NCBI RefSeq assembly: GCF_006345805.1
Contig: NC_043006.1
Coordinates: forward strand, 17,484,001 to 17,548,000
Direction of reading: 5' to 3'
DNA length: 64,000 bases
Source: Octopus sinensis
Taxonomy: Eukaryota
This document shows positions 24,746 to 37,607 of this stretch, piece by piece (within the stretch, counting starts at the first letter, position 1; the number at the start of each line of letters is the position of its first letter). Position numbers and translations under genes: made by a program. The notes under the pieces are model-generated. The model was not told the DNA's origin. It did no database searches and was given only the letters and a program-made list of their open reading frames with translations.

Positions 24746-26631
24746 CACTCACGGAGTGGTTGGCGTTAGGAAGGGCATCAAGCCATAGAAACACTGCCAG
24801 ATCTGACTGGGCCTGATGAAGCCTTCCAGCTTCACAGACCCCAGTTGAACCGTCCAACCTATGCTAGCATGGAAAACGGACGCTAAATGATGATGATGAT
24901 GATGATGATCATGATTATCATGTTCATGGTTCACCTTTAGAATTTTTTACTCTTACATCTTTATTTATGTTATTTATACCTTTATTTATACCTGTTATTT
25001 ATGTTTCTGTTTGTTTGTGATGCAATGCAGGCATAGCCGTGTTTTCGGAATAAGTTTTACTTTTCAACCATTTGGTTTCTGGTTCAGTCCCACAGCATAG
25101 GAAAATATCTATTGCTATAGCCCTCAGCCAACCAAAGCCTAGTCAACAGATTTGGTAGGTAGAAACTGAAAGAAGCCTGTTAGGCATTTTACTGTTTATT
25201 AATTGTATCTACAACATATTTTAGCATAAAATTCTGAAATAATCAAGGGAACATAAGTTAATTTTGGACGTTGGTCTTACTCATAATTGGTTACATGTGT
25301 ACATTACAGTATAAAAGCGGTAATTGATGCTAAAGGAGGTGTGAAACATACCATAATCTACTATGTGCACGAGTTTCATTAACGTTAAGATAGCAGAACC
25401 CCAAAACATTGGGTGTGGCCTTATACCTTTGGCCAAGGCTGTATATATATATATATATGGTAGAATTCCAAACAGTTTCTGTCTACCAAACTCACTCAGA
25501 AGGCTTTCGTTTGTCTGGTGGTGGTGGTGGTGCAGATATAATAAAAGACACTTGCCCAAGGTGCTGTGCAGCGGAACTGAACCTGAAACCATGTGGCTGC
25601 AGAGCAAGATTCTTAACTGTGCTGCCATGTCTGTGTCGAAAGCCGAGAAAGGTGTTATACTAATTAGCTATACATAAATTAAGTAGAGTTGTTTGCTGAA
25701 GTACCAAGTTAATTTATGAACCAAGCTGAGCAGCAGGAATTCAGAAAATAGTTAGAAATGCAAAGCATTGCCAAATGTATGCAGGAAATTTTATTGTATG
25801 TAAATGACATCGCTTAACCTCCTTGGTCTATTTCTGGTTGGTGAGGGGGAAAGATATTGTATAGCATTATCCGAGTTCAGAACTGTTAGATTGACATTGT
25901 ATAACCTTATTCCATCAGTTGTTACTCAGTTGGGGGGGTCACGTCGCTAAATTTCATTATATTTTGTCAGATCGCAAATGGTTGGGAGCATCACATGTCT
26001 TCACCTACATTAGAATTGTTAAGCTTTGCAAACTTATCGATCTCCATTCATGACTAAGTATTTGTGTTTTGTCTCCTATGGTTCCTTTATTCAATCTGTG
26101 GTTTTGTATTATTGTCCGGTTATAGAGAATTACATTTACTGCACTGCTGTTTTTTAATACATAGCTACTTGTGAAATATATATTTATAACATGGGTTTTC
26201 TTGGTTTTGTAATAGACATAACATATTCTATTGTTTATTTATATTTTTATTTTCAAATATTATTTTGTTTTCAAGACAGATATGGCTGTGTAAGTTAAGA
26301 AGTTTGCTTCTCAGTCATGTGGTTTAGAGTCCAGTCTCACAGTGTGACACTTTGGGCAAATGTCTTCTTCTATAGCCCTGAAATAAATTTGTATATTATC
26401 TGTTTTTATACATCATATATCATATATCATATATTAGCGCTTTCATCCATTCTAGTGGAGTTTTCATATTGAAAACTCCACTAGAATGGACGAAAGCGCT
26501 TATATATGATATATAAAACATGTAATATACAAATAAATATCTGTAAATATAAAACCATCCGAATTTCTGAGTACCTCATTTCTTCTAATATAAAATACCT
26601 GTACATCATCTCCAAACTTAATATATCTATA

Positions 26632-26677
<46 letters not shown>

Positions 26678-27460
26678 TGCACACACACACTGAAAGGATA
26701 ACTCAATAATTTTTAGTACAGTACATGTTTAGCAAAACTTGAAGTCATTGTCAACCTTTTTCCTGTAAAAGTTGGATTCCACACACAGAGAGTAGGTAGT
26801 TAGATAAATAGATGTGTATATGTGTGTTTGTGATGGGGATTTGTTTATATATGATCACTATTACATACATACGTACATACATATGAGTGTGTGTGTGTGT
26901 CTTCTCATTTTGACACCATGTGATATTTGTAAATAAATGTCACCATCATACGAGCAGTATTGTTCATTTCCAATTTTCCATGAAAACAAGTGTGGCAAAG
27001 GCAAAATATTACTTTACCTGGAGCCATCACAAGTTAGTGGCAGTAAAAGAATCTTGCTGTAGGAAAATCTGCTTCAAGAAACTCAGTCTTACTCATGAAA
27101 GCAAGCAAAATTTGTCGTTAAATTAATAATGATGATGTTCCTCTTTTGAAGTTCTTGTGCACTTGACATTAGGGCCAGGTGTTGTAGTTCTATCTAATTT
27201 GTGAGAATTATATGTAGCTAATCGTTTGAATGCTTGTCAGCCTCACACAATCTCTGATTCTATGACACAAAAGTACCGCAATTTTAAAGTTTTATGTTTA
27301 AATTAAGCTCTTTCTTGCCTCTTCAGACGATGGTGAATTACATATTATGATGTAATCTTTTATGACCTCATTAGGTAAATAAAATTCTACCAAAACTGCT
27401 GTCATAAATTTTAAAAGCCAAACACACACAAACACACACATATATATATTATATATATGT

Positions 27461-27875
27461 AGGCGTTGGAGTGGCTGTGTGGTAAGTAGCTTGATTACAA
27501 ACCACATGGTTCCGGGTTCAGTCCCATGCATGGCACCTTGGGCAAGTCTCTTCTACTATAGCCTCAGGCCGACCAAAGCCTTGTGAGTGGATTTGGTAGA
27601 CAGAAACTGAAAGAAGCCCGTTGTATATATATATATATATATATATGTATGTACTTGTGTATGTTTGTGTGTCTGTGTTTTTCCTCCCAACATCACTTGA
27701 CAACCGATGCTGGTGTGTTTACGTCCCCGTAACTTAGTTGTTCGGCAAAAGAGAATCGATAGAATAAATACTAGGCTTACAAAGAATAAGTCCTGGGGTC
27801 GATTTGCACGACTAAAAGCGGTGCTCCAGCATGGCCACAGTCAAATGACTGAAACAAGAGTAAAAGAGTAAAGAG
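27461..27875 (+). mobile_element. SINE family A, full length
   Basis: Complete match to the family; internal (TA)n. Confidence 0.9.
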
Positions 27876-27912
27876 AACAGGTTTCTTTCAATCTCTGTTT
27901 ACCAAATATAAC

Positions 27913-28075
27913 AAGGCTTCTTTCAGTTTCTGTCTACCAAATTCACTCACAAGGGCTTTGGTTGACCTGGGGCTACAGTATAAAACACTTGCCCAGGGTA
28001 TCATACAGTGGGACTGAACTCAAAAGCGTTTGGTTGGGAAGCAAGCTTCTCAGCCACACATCCATACCTGCACTT
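27913..28075 (-). mobile_element. SINE family A 5' half, inverted
   Basis: Complementary to 27461-27618. Confidence 0.8.
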
Positions 28076-28103
28076 ATATGAATATTAAATGATGATAATG
28101 ATA

Positions 28104-28138
<35 letters not shown>

Positions 28139-28894
28139 GTGTGAGAGATGCTTATCTAACCTTAACTCTTTCAAAACTGAAATAAATTCTCTCACATTGT
28201 GTCTACCTCAGGACATCTGACATGCATAAGAATCAGTAGTGAAACCTCCTACACCTATTGGTTTAATTCAAAGTCCTCCCACTTCGTCTCTGTTGGTCCC
28301 CATGGTGACGAGCAAACTTAATAGCAAGAATCTATTATATAAAATTGCTAGGCTGGTTACGAGGGTGGGGGGTGGGGGTGGGGTGAAATTTATTTTCAAC
28401 ATCTCTGCTTGATACTATTTGAAATGCCATGGTTTTTATTATTTTTTTAAAAATATTTTTTAAAATTTATCGTCTTTATGGTTGCTTTTAACTAGATTAT
28501 TTAAAAGAAAAAGGAAAAGAAAGAAAACCTTCCCCTTGAGACAGTAGCTTAACTTCAGTATTTATTAGTTGACATAATATAAACACAAACACACACACAT
28601 GCAAATAGTAATACAATGGTTTCATCATCATCATTGTCATTTAACATCTGTTTTCTTTTCTGGTATAGGTTGGACAATTTGACTGGAGCTGGAGAGCTGC
28701 ACCAGGTTCCAGTCAGCTTTTGCTTTGTTTTTATGGCTGGATGCTCTTCATAATGCCAACCGCTTTGCAGTGTGCAGTGGGTGCTTTTTTTATGGGGCAT
28801 TGGTAGAAGTGCTCTTACTTGACACCAGCATCAATTCTTTTTATGTGGCATCAGCACAGAGCTCTTGCAAACTTCAGTATTAATTACTGGTCAT

Positions 28895-29186
28895 AACCAC
28901 TCCGTGAGTGTAGTGGGTGCTTTTTACGTGCCAGGGGAGGCTGGCAACGGCCAAGCACCAATCGATCGTGGCCGTTGCCAGCCTCCCCTGGCACCTGTGT
29001 CAGTGGCACGTAAAAAGCACCCACTACACTCACTGAGTGGTTGGTGTTAGGAAGGGCATCCAGCTGTAGAAACACTGCCAGATCAGACTGGAGCCTGGTG
29101 CAGCCTCCTGGCTTCCCAGACCCCAGTCGAACCGTCCAACCCATGCTAGCATGGAAAACGGACGTTAAACAATGATGACGATGATG
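28895..29186 (+). mobile_element. SINE family C with a 5' fold-back inverted duplication
   Basis: 28895-28953 is the reverse complement of 28969-29042 apart from a 15-nt indel and one mismatch; tail gatgacgatgatga. Confidence 0.88.
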
Positions 29187-30042
29187 ATGAATACTCAACA
29201 ATCTTACATAATACACACACACACACACATGCAAATATCTACATATATTCACACTGTGAAAGGAACAATCTAGACAGATATATAATACACACCTTGCTTG
29301 CATACACACAAATATACCTTCATTCAAATTTATACGGTTCCATGCTACCATACATATATGTGTAAGGATTACAGTCGGACAATCGTTTTATTTTATCCTA
29401 ATCAACTGTAACTTAGTAAAAGGTTATATTGAAGAAACAAATGTTGACACTTTTGGAGTAATTAGCAGTCATCAAGCCACTATACACACAATAATGTGTA
29501 CATGCTATATATATATATATACATTGACAAACTTCATTGCTAATACAGTTTCCTGTTCTTCAAATTAGATTAATGTGTTTTCTCCATTCAGCTAATGTTT
29601 GCCTATGACTCTGTATGTATGTATGTATGTATGTATGTGTGTGTGTGTGATTCCATGAGTTAAAAATGCATTTAATTATAGTAAATTAAGTGTTTATATG
29701 TTCATTTTACAATGCAGCCTAGTATGTTAGGAAGACTTTAATGAATTTCAGTAATTTTCGCAGAGGAAATAACACCTTGAACTAATGCTGTAATATCTTT
29801 TGTTGCTGTTGTAATTTTTATTTGTTGAGATTGACATTTAAAAAGTGCTAAAACCTGATTTGTTTTTGTTGGTTTGTCTTCTGTTTCATTTGTATACTTG
29901 ACGTTTTAATACCACAGTGGCACATTTGTCATGATCACAGAAGATATATGGGCTTGTGTCCCACAGGCAGCCTTCGACATTTTTCCACCCCAGGGTGTTT
30001 TAACCCAATATTATATATGCTATAATTTATAGCTTTAAAAGC

Positions 30043-31198
30043 AGCGAGCTGGCAGAATCATTAGCACACCAGGCAAAACACTTAGCAGTATTCTGTTTAT
30101 CTTTGCGTTCTGAGTTCAAATTCCACCAAGGTCAGCTTTGCCTTTCATCCTTTCAGGGTCGATAAAATAAGTACCAGTTGAACACTGGGTTCAATGTAAT
30201 TGACTTACTCTATGCCCTGAACTTGCTGGCCTTGCACCAAAATTTGAAATCATTATAGCTTTATCTGTTTCAAGTTCCATTACAACACAATTTATTTCAT
30301 ATCTCTTGAAGTTCCTTAAAAAATATTAAAATACCCTTTTTTTTTTTTGGCCTCTGTTGGTTATGGCGACAAGTGTACCTGTCAATCTGATCAACAGAAC
30401 AGCTTGCTTGTGAAATTAACATGCAAGCGGCTGAGTATTCCACAGACATGCGTACCCTTAACATAGTTCTCCAGGAGATTCAGCATGGGACAAAATGTGA
30501 CAAGGATGACAAGGCTAACCCTTTGAAGTACAGGTACAGCGCATTTTTGCTTGCTAGCTGAGTGAACTGGAGCAATGTGACATAAAGGGTCTTGCCTAAG
30601 GACACAATACGTCCCTGGGAATCAAACGCGCAACCTTACAATCATGAGCCGAATACCCCCAACTGTTAAGCCATGCACCTTCACATCAAAATCCTTATAA
30701 TGTACACAACACACACTTCTCACTGATAAAAACAAAACTTCTTTAACTGAGAGTGGCTAACCGGCTTCCGTGCCAGTGGCATTTAAAAGGCACCATTCGA
30801 GCGTGATGGTTACCAGCGTCGCCTTACTGGCACTTGTGCCAGTTCTAGTAGGGTGTCAAGAGCACCATCCGAGCATGATCGTTGCCAGAGCAGCCAACTG
30901 GCTTCCGTGCCAGTGGCATGTAAAAGGGCACCATTCAAGCGTGATCGTTACCAATGTCGCCCTACTGGCACCTGTGCCGGTGGCATGTGTAAAAAGATTC
31001 GAGCGAGATCGTTACCAGTACCTCCTGACTGGCCCCTGTGCCGGTGGCACGTAAAAAGCACCCACTACACTCTCAGAGTGGTTGGCGTTAGGAAGGGCAT
31101 CCAGCTGTAGAAACTCTGCCATCTGGTTTGCCAGCCCTCAGTCAAAATCGTCCAACCCATGCTAGCATGGAAAGTGGATGTTAAACGATGATAATGAT
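30043..31198. mobile_element. Adjacent SINE B (+, 30043-30255), SINE E1 (-, 30361-30684) and SINE C (+, 30760-31198)
   Basis: Family motifs as listed above. Confidence 0.8.
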
Positions 31199-31913
31199 GG
31201 AGAAAATTTGGAGACTTGATTTGGTTTAATGCTAGCTCATAGAAGATGTGAGTTCATATCCATTGCCATTTATTGAAACTAAACCTGAAAACAGAGGGTT
31301 CAGAAGCAAACTTCTTAACCACACAACCATGCCTGCACTTATATCATATTGATCTGCATATTAAATGCCCTACAATCCGTTTCAGTCTGTATTAGCTGAA
31401 ATGATAACATTACCTTCATTTAGTTTCTACACCTCTTCTGTGTATCTTTTGTGGCTTCATTCATTATTAATAATAACTGACTGACTTGTCATTATGAAAT
31501 ATATCTCTAGAGTAATTCAGTTAGTTAAAACTAACCCTGTTCAGTTTGAAGCACTTAATGTACATTATGCTACAACTACATTAAAAGGTATAAAAGCTTT
31601 CTAAGCTTCCATCTTTGTGATCTTGTATCTGTCTTCTTTAAATTAACCCTTATTCAATTATCTTCATTGTTTTAACATACACTTTTCCATGCTTGTGTAG
31701 CAAAGATGGAATTTGTTGAGGCAAATTTTCTATGGTTGGATGCTTTTCCTGTCACAAACCTTCCCCTGATTCAAAGCAAGTTAATATTTCCCAATAGTTG
31801 GGTGTTTTCAATGAATATTGGAAACAAAGGGCTTTGCTATAGTAGAAGACACTTGCCCAAAGTGCCACACTGTGGGACTGAACCCGAAACAACATGGTTG
31901 GGAAGCAAACTTC

Positions 31914-32134
31914 TTAACACATTACCATATAAACCAGCCATATCCAGCCCAGATATTCTACCTGTTTTATGTTTAAAGTGGCATGATCCAGCCTCTCACA
32001 CCTACTGTGCAATGTCATTCTAAAAATAAACAATTTCAACATTGAAATCTCAAAGCTAGGAGATAATACAAGATTAATTTTATAAAATATGAAGCATTGC
32101 ATTTGACAAAATAATCTGAATGCTAAAGGGTTAA
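31914..32134. mobile_element. piggyBac-type MITE (same family as 953-1207)
   Basis: Ends aatgctaaaggg-TTAA; interior is the reverse complement of 953-1207; left TIR degenerate. Confidence 0.72.
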
Positions 32135-33869
32135 ACATAGAGCCATTTCTGTGCCTTATATTCTTTATATAGCACTGTATTCTTGTATTCATTTTTTTAA
32201 TATCTTTTCATCGTCCATGTGTAATTCTCTACTTCTCTTTATAGTTGTTGTGCATGAGATTTTCACCTTTGATGTTTTGGTTTTTGTTTCACACAAGGTC
32301 TTCAATCTTTTCTTTTACTCTGTCTTACACATCATGTCTTGGAAAATATACCAATCTTGTGAGAGTACAACAGTAGGAACCAAGAAAGTTAGTGATGTTC
32401 TCCATTGGTAAAAGCCAAAAAAAAGTATTCACTAATAGAATATGTTTTATACTCTGTGGTAGAAGAGACATTACTCTTTCCTTATGGCATAAACTATACA
32501 TGGGCAACCTTTTTTGAGTAGTGGGTCACAAAACATGACTCATCATCAGACTTAAAAATAAATACTGGGGTTGATTTGTTTCACTAAATCCTTCAAGGTG
32601 GAGCTCAACTTGGCCACAGATCAATGGGTGAAACAAGTTAGAGCTAAAAAGATAAAAGATACTCAAAATTAACTGAAACGAGGGCTCTGTGTTTCAACAG
32701 AATTATAGAAAGAAAAGGGTTTTTCTACTAATACAAGTTATGAAACATTTATTATGTTATGCATTTAAAGCCCACAATAGTGAACTGTTCCACATTGTGA
32801 CAGCCATTCGTCGTTTGAAGAGTTGAGCCATGGAAATTTTAAAGTATTTATATGAGGATGAAGTGCAATGACATCAATTATGGCATGTAAACCATTGGCT
32901 TTTCATAAAGTTTTCCTTGGCTGCCACTCTAACAACTTTGCCAACTACAATCTTCATGAGCCACCAAAAATTAATTTCCTTTTCAGTCTGGTCTCAATTA
33001 TCGAAGTGAAGTGTGTTAAATCATGAAATTATTTGAGTGATTAATATCTTGACATTAGAGATCAAGAAGATATCCATTTTTATATCATAAATTTTTATTC
33101 TTTTTATTATTTAATATTTGTTTTTATCTTGGTTCATTTCATAATTGATTATTAGGATTTATTTAACATGGATTCTTTTCATAACGTCACAGGTTGGATA
33201 AATTTACAGATTATCTCTTAACCAATTGCTAAACCTCTATTAGTTTATTTTTTAAGCCTAATTCTTTGGAAAAACACACCATATCTTTGGTTTAACATTT
33301 GCTCTGGCATTCTATCTGATTACAATAAAGAATAAATGAAATGTTTATCCAACAAACACTACCTAATTCTATTACATGGTAATGGGTTTCCACCACTTAT
33401 AATGATGACTATGCAGTTGTTTGATCAACTAGACTAACATTGGCACTCTGTTGATTACAACAACGAGTGTTCCAGTTAATCTGATCTTTGGAAAAGCCTG
33501 CTTGTGAAATTCATGTGCAAGTGGGTCCGTACTCCACAGACACACATACACTTAACATAGTTCTCAAGGGGATTCAATGCAGCAGAAAATGTGACAAGGC
33601 TGGCTCTATGAAATACAGGTACAACTAATTTTTGCTAGCTGAGTGGACTGGAGCAATGTGAAATAAAGTGTCTTGCTCAAGGACACAATGTGCTGCTGGA
33701 AATTGAACTCACTGACCAATCGTGAGCCACATACCCCTTACCACTAAGCCAAGCTCTTTAAATTATGTCTTAGTGTACGGACACTCCATAAACACATTTA
33801 CCCTTTAATAAATTCTCAGGTGACTATGCATGTAACATGGCCATACCTTTTGAATTACTGGTACAATCC

Positions 33870-34287
33870 ATTATCTTTTATTTGCTTCAGTCATTGGACT
33901 GTGTGGCCATGCTGGGGCACTACTTTGAAAGGTTTAATTGAATAGATTGACTCCAGTGCTTATTTTACAAGTTGGCACTTATTCTATTGGTCTCCTTTGC
34001 TGAACTGCCCCATTATAGGGATGTAAACAAACTAATACTGGTTGTCCCAAGTGGTGGTTGGGGACAAACACATGCACAAAGACACACAGATATATGTGTG
34101 GTTATGTATATATATATATATATATACATAATTTTGGGGGCTTAAAATTTGGAAAAAAAATTTTGTAAGGGATTATAGTACTCTATCCATGTATAAGAAA
34201 CTCCCATATTTTTTTAACCTAATTTTTGACAAAAAAGGGTTCCTTATACATATTAAAATACGCTGTGTGTGTGTGTGTGTGTGTATG

Positions 34288-34329
<42 letters not shown>

Positions 34330-34575
34330 TATGTGTATATATATATATACACACACATATATGTGTATATATATATATATACACACACATATATGTGTAT
34401 ATGTATATATATACACACAATGGGCTTCTTCCAGTTTTTGTATACCAAATCCATTCACATAGCTTTGGTCAGCCATGGGCTATAGTGGAAGACACTTGCT
34501 TAGTGTGCCAAGCAGTAAAACTGAATGTGGAGCCATGCGGTTGAGAAGCAAACTTCTCACTACACAGCCTTGCCT
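33870..34575 (-). mobile_element. SINE family A with a greatly expanded internal (TA)/(CA) tract
   Basis: Tail half 33870-34100, microsatellite and unique insert, head half 34420-34575. Confidence 0.7.
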
Positions 34576-35544
34576 GGAAAAGTTGATGTTGAAACAATGG
34601 TGATGATTACCCTGTAATATAACCCACTGAAAGAATAAAAGAAATGTATAGAACATCACAATGCCAAATAATAAAATCAAGGTCATAGCCAGTACCACCT
34701 GACCGGCCCCTGTGCCGTGGCACGTAAAAGGCACCATTTGAGCATGATCGTTACCAATATCGCCTTACTGGCACCTATGCCGGTGGCATGTGTAAAAAGA
34801 TTCGAGCGAGGTCGTTGCCAGTACCGCCTGACTGGCCCCCGTGCTGGTGGCATGTAAAAAGCATCCACTACACTCTCAGAGTGGTTGGCGCTAGGAAGGG
34901 CATCCAGCTGTAGAAACTCTACCAGATCAAGATTGGAGCCTGGTGCAGCCATCTGGTTCGCCAGCCCTCAGTCAAAACCGTCCAACCCATGCTAGCATGG
35001 AAAGCGGACGTTAAACAATGATGATGATGAATATACCTGGGAAGAAAGAATAGTGGTGGTGGTGGGGGCTTTAATGCAGTCTTAAAAAAATACGATTTCT
35101 TTTTGTAAAATATACCAGAGTATTTATGAGTTGGATTAAGTGATAGGTTGGTTGATGCATTCTCTTCATTCCTATATAATAAGGCTGGTAGACTTTTGGA
35201 AGTAATATCCTTTCCTAAGTGGGAAAGTATATACCTATTCTGTTTAGAATGCTGTTTTGCTATAGCAAGTACATCTGATAATTAAGCCTTGTATGTCAGC
35301 TACACTAAGTATGATTTATTTATGAATCCAAATAACTTCACATCAGGTTTTGTCGAACTTTTCTAGCGATTTTCTTGGAGTGTTTTGCAGTTTTGTGAAA
35401 TTAGAGTCTTTTGTTAATATTATTTTGTTTACTATATATTCTGCTTCCCAGATTAAAAAAAGAACAACAAACAAAGACTGCCATTATGAATCATTTAACC
35501 AGTAAAATATTGTATTGCACAAAATAAGAAACATTTATAATGTA

Positions 35545-35792
35545 TAACATTTTTTCACGAAGCATGGAACAAACTACCTGCTGAGATATTGCAACCTTTA
35601 AAACCTCCATGCTTCCTGAAGTTCGCCAACACTACACCTGATATTTACCCGCTCCATACGCATGCACACATGTATATCACGACTCATACGCTATTCACTT
35701 TCCTGACTTTTGTACATAATTCTATGTACTGTACATGCACCTTTCATGAGTTGTAGTGCACCTGAGCACTATACACAATAATTTCATTATTA
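35545..35792 (+). mobile_element. CR1/L2-type LINE 3'-end fragment
   Basis: Encodes EAWNKLPAE, a conserved C-terminal CR1-group motif, followed by a 3' UTR-like stretch and an A/T-rich tail. Confidence 0.55.
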
Positions 35793-36257
35793 TATCACTG
35801 AGGTCATTGCAGGTACTGCCTGACTGGCCCTCATGCTGGTGGCACGTAAAAAACACCCACTACACTCTCGGAGTGGTTGGCGTTAGGAAGGGCATCCAGC
35901 TGTAGAAACTCTACCAGATCAAGATTGGAGCCTGGTGCGGCCGTCTGGTTCGCCAGCCCTCAGTTAAAATCGTCCAACCCATGCTGGTATAGAAGGCGCA
36001 CGTTAAACGATGATGATGATGGTTTATTCCAAAGAGTTTCACTAAGAATATTCTTCTTTAATCAACAACAATAATAATTCTTTCTACAATAGGCACAAGG
36101 CCTTAAATTTCATTGGGAAGGGTACTAGTTTCAGTTTCCGTCTACCAAATCCATTCACAAGGCTTTGGTCGGCCCGAGGCTATAGTAGAAGACACTTGCC
36201 CAAGGTGCCATGCCGTGGGACTGAACCCGGGACCATGTGGTTGGTAAGTAAGCTACT

Positions 36258-36659
36258 TACCACACAGCCACTCCTACACCTATATATGTACATATATCAT
36301 TACCACACAGCCACTCCTACACCTATATATGTACATATATCATTACCACACAGCCACTCCTACACCTATATATGTACATATATCATTACCACACAGCCAC
36401 TCCTACACCTATATATGTACATATATCATTACACACAGCCACTCCTACACCTATATATGTACATATCATTACCACACAGCCACTCCTACACCTATATATG
36501 TACATATCATTACCACACAGCCACTCCTACACCTATATATGTACATATATCATTACCACACAGCCACTCCTACACCTATATATGTACATATATCATTACC
36601 ACACAGCCACTCCTACACCTATATATGTACATATATCATTACCACACAGCCACTCCTAC
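36258..36659 (-). repeat. 43-bp minisatellite (9 full + 1 partial) at the 5' end of a SINE A (36128-36280)
   Basis: Unit taccacacagccactcctacacctatatatgtacatatatcat; copies 5 and 6 are 40 and 41 bp. Confidence 0.97.
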
Positions 36660-36922
36660 GCATGCTAATGATTCTGCCAGCTTAGTACCTTAACAACAAC
36701 AGCAATAGTAATTCTTTCTAATGTTTGGCACAAGGTTAGTAATTTTAGCAGGAGAAAGTTAAGTTGATGCAATTGACACCAGTATTTGACTGGTACTTTA
36801 TTTTAGTGACTTGAAAAGGCTGAAAGGCAGAATCAACGTTGGTGGAATTTGACCTCGGATGAGAAACCTGGAAGAAATTTTGCTAAGCATTTTGTCTGCC
36901 ACAGAATTATTACTATCAGTTC

Positions 36923-37607
36923 CAGTGGCGGTTTGTAGATAAAATTAGTGGGGGTGCTGCTTCAAAAAACTTTTAGTTGTTGTTTTAATATTGTGTAAAA
37001 AGAAACAAACATATAAAAAGAAAATTTATACATAAATTTGATCAGTTCGTGTTTTAGCCACTGCCGGATAGTGTGTTTAATTTGTTCACTGTACACCACT
37101 GTCCCCTTGTTTTTCAAAAATTCCCCTTAAATCACAAAAGAAGAGGGGGAAATGTACCCTATTTTTCAAATTCTGGCAGCAACACTGAAGCTGGAAGCAG
37201 GATAATAATCTAATTCTACACTTTATCACATTCAAGAATATAAACATGTTTTTAAGCACAATACATGTGAAGTCAAAAAGAAACACTACCTTCCACCTGG
37301 CACTGTCATTCACGCAGTGCTCTCTCTCCCTAGTGTGAAGCTTCCTACATTGGACATGTGAGCATGCACACAACACCCAAAAACCAGATCACTGTAGCTG
37401 TGAACTGCACAGTTCTAAACAAGGATTTTTGTCGTTTTTACATAAATTAGGGGATGGCTACTGAAATTTAGCTTAAAGATTATATAATGTACAAATATAA
37501 AGAAAGAATTAAAGAAAAGAGGACTCATTATATTGAACACTATCGATAACATCGAGTGGAAATAGGGGTGCTGCAGTCCTGCAGTTCCTAAATGCGAGCC
37601 ACCACTG
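36923..37607. mobile_element. hAT-like MITE, 685 bp
   Basis: Termini cagtggcgg ... ccaccactg; 8-bp TSD atcagttc/atcagctc (1 mismatch); subterminal ggggtgctgc near both ends. Confidence 0.75.

Noticed and set aside
29919-30000. Exon-like segment after ttttaataccacag (WHICHDHRRYMGLCP... or GTFVMITEDIWACVP...)
   Set aside because: No convincing donor and no recognisable homology.
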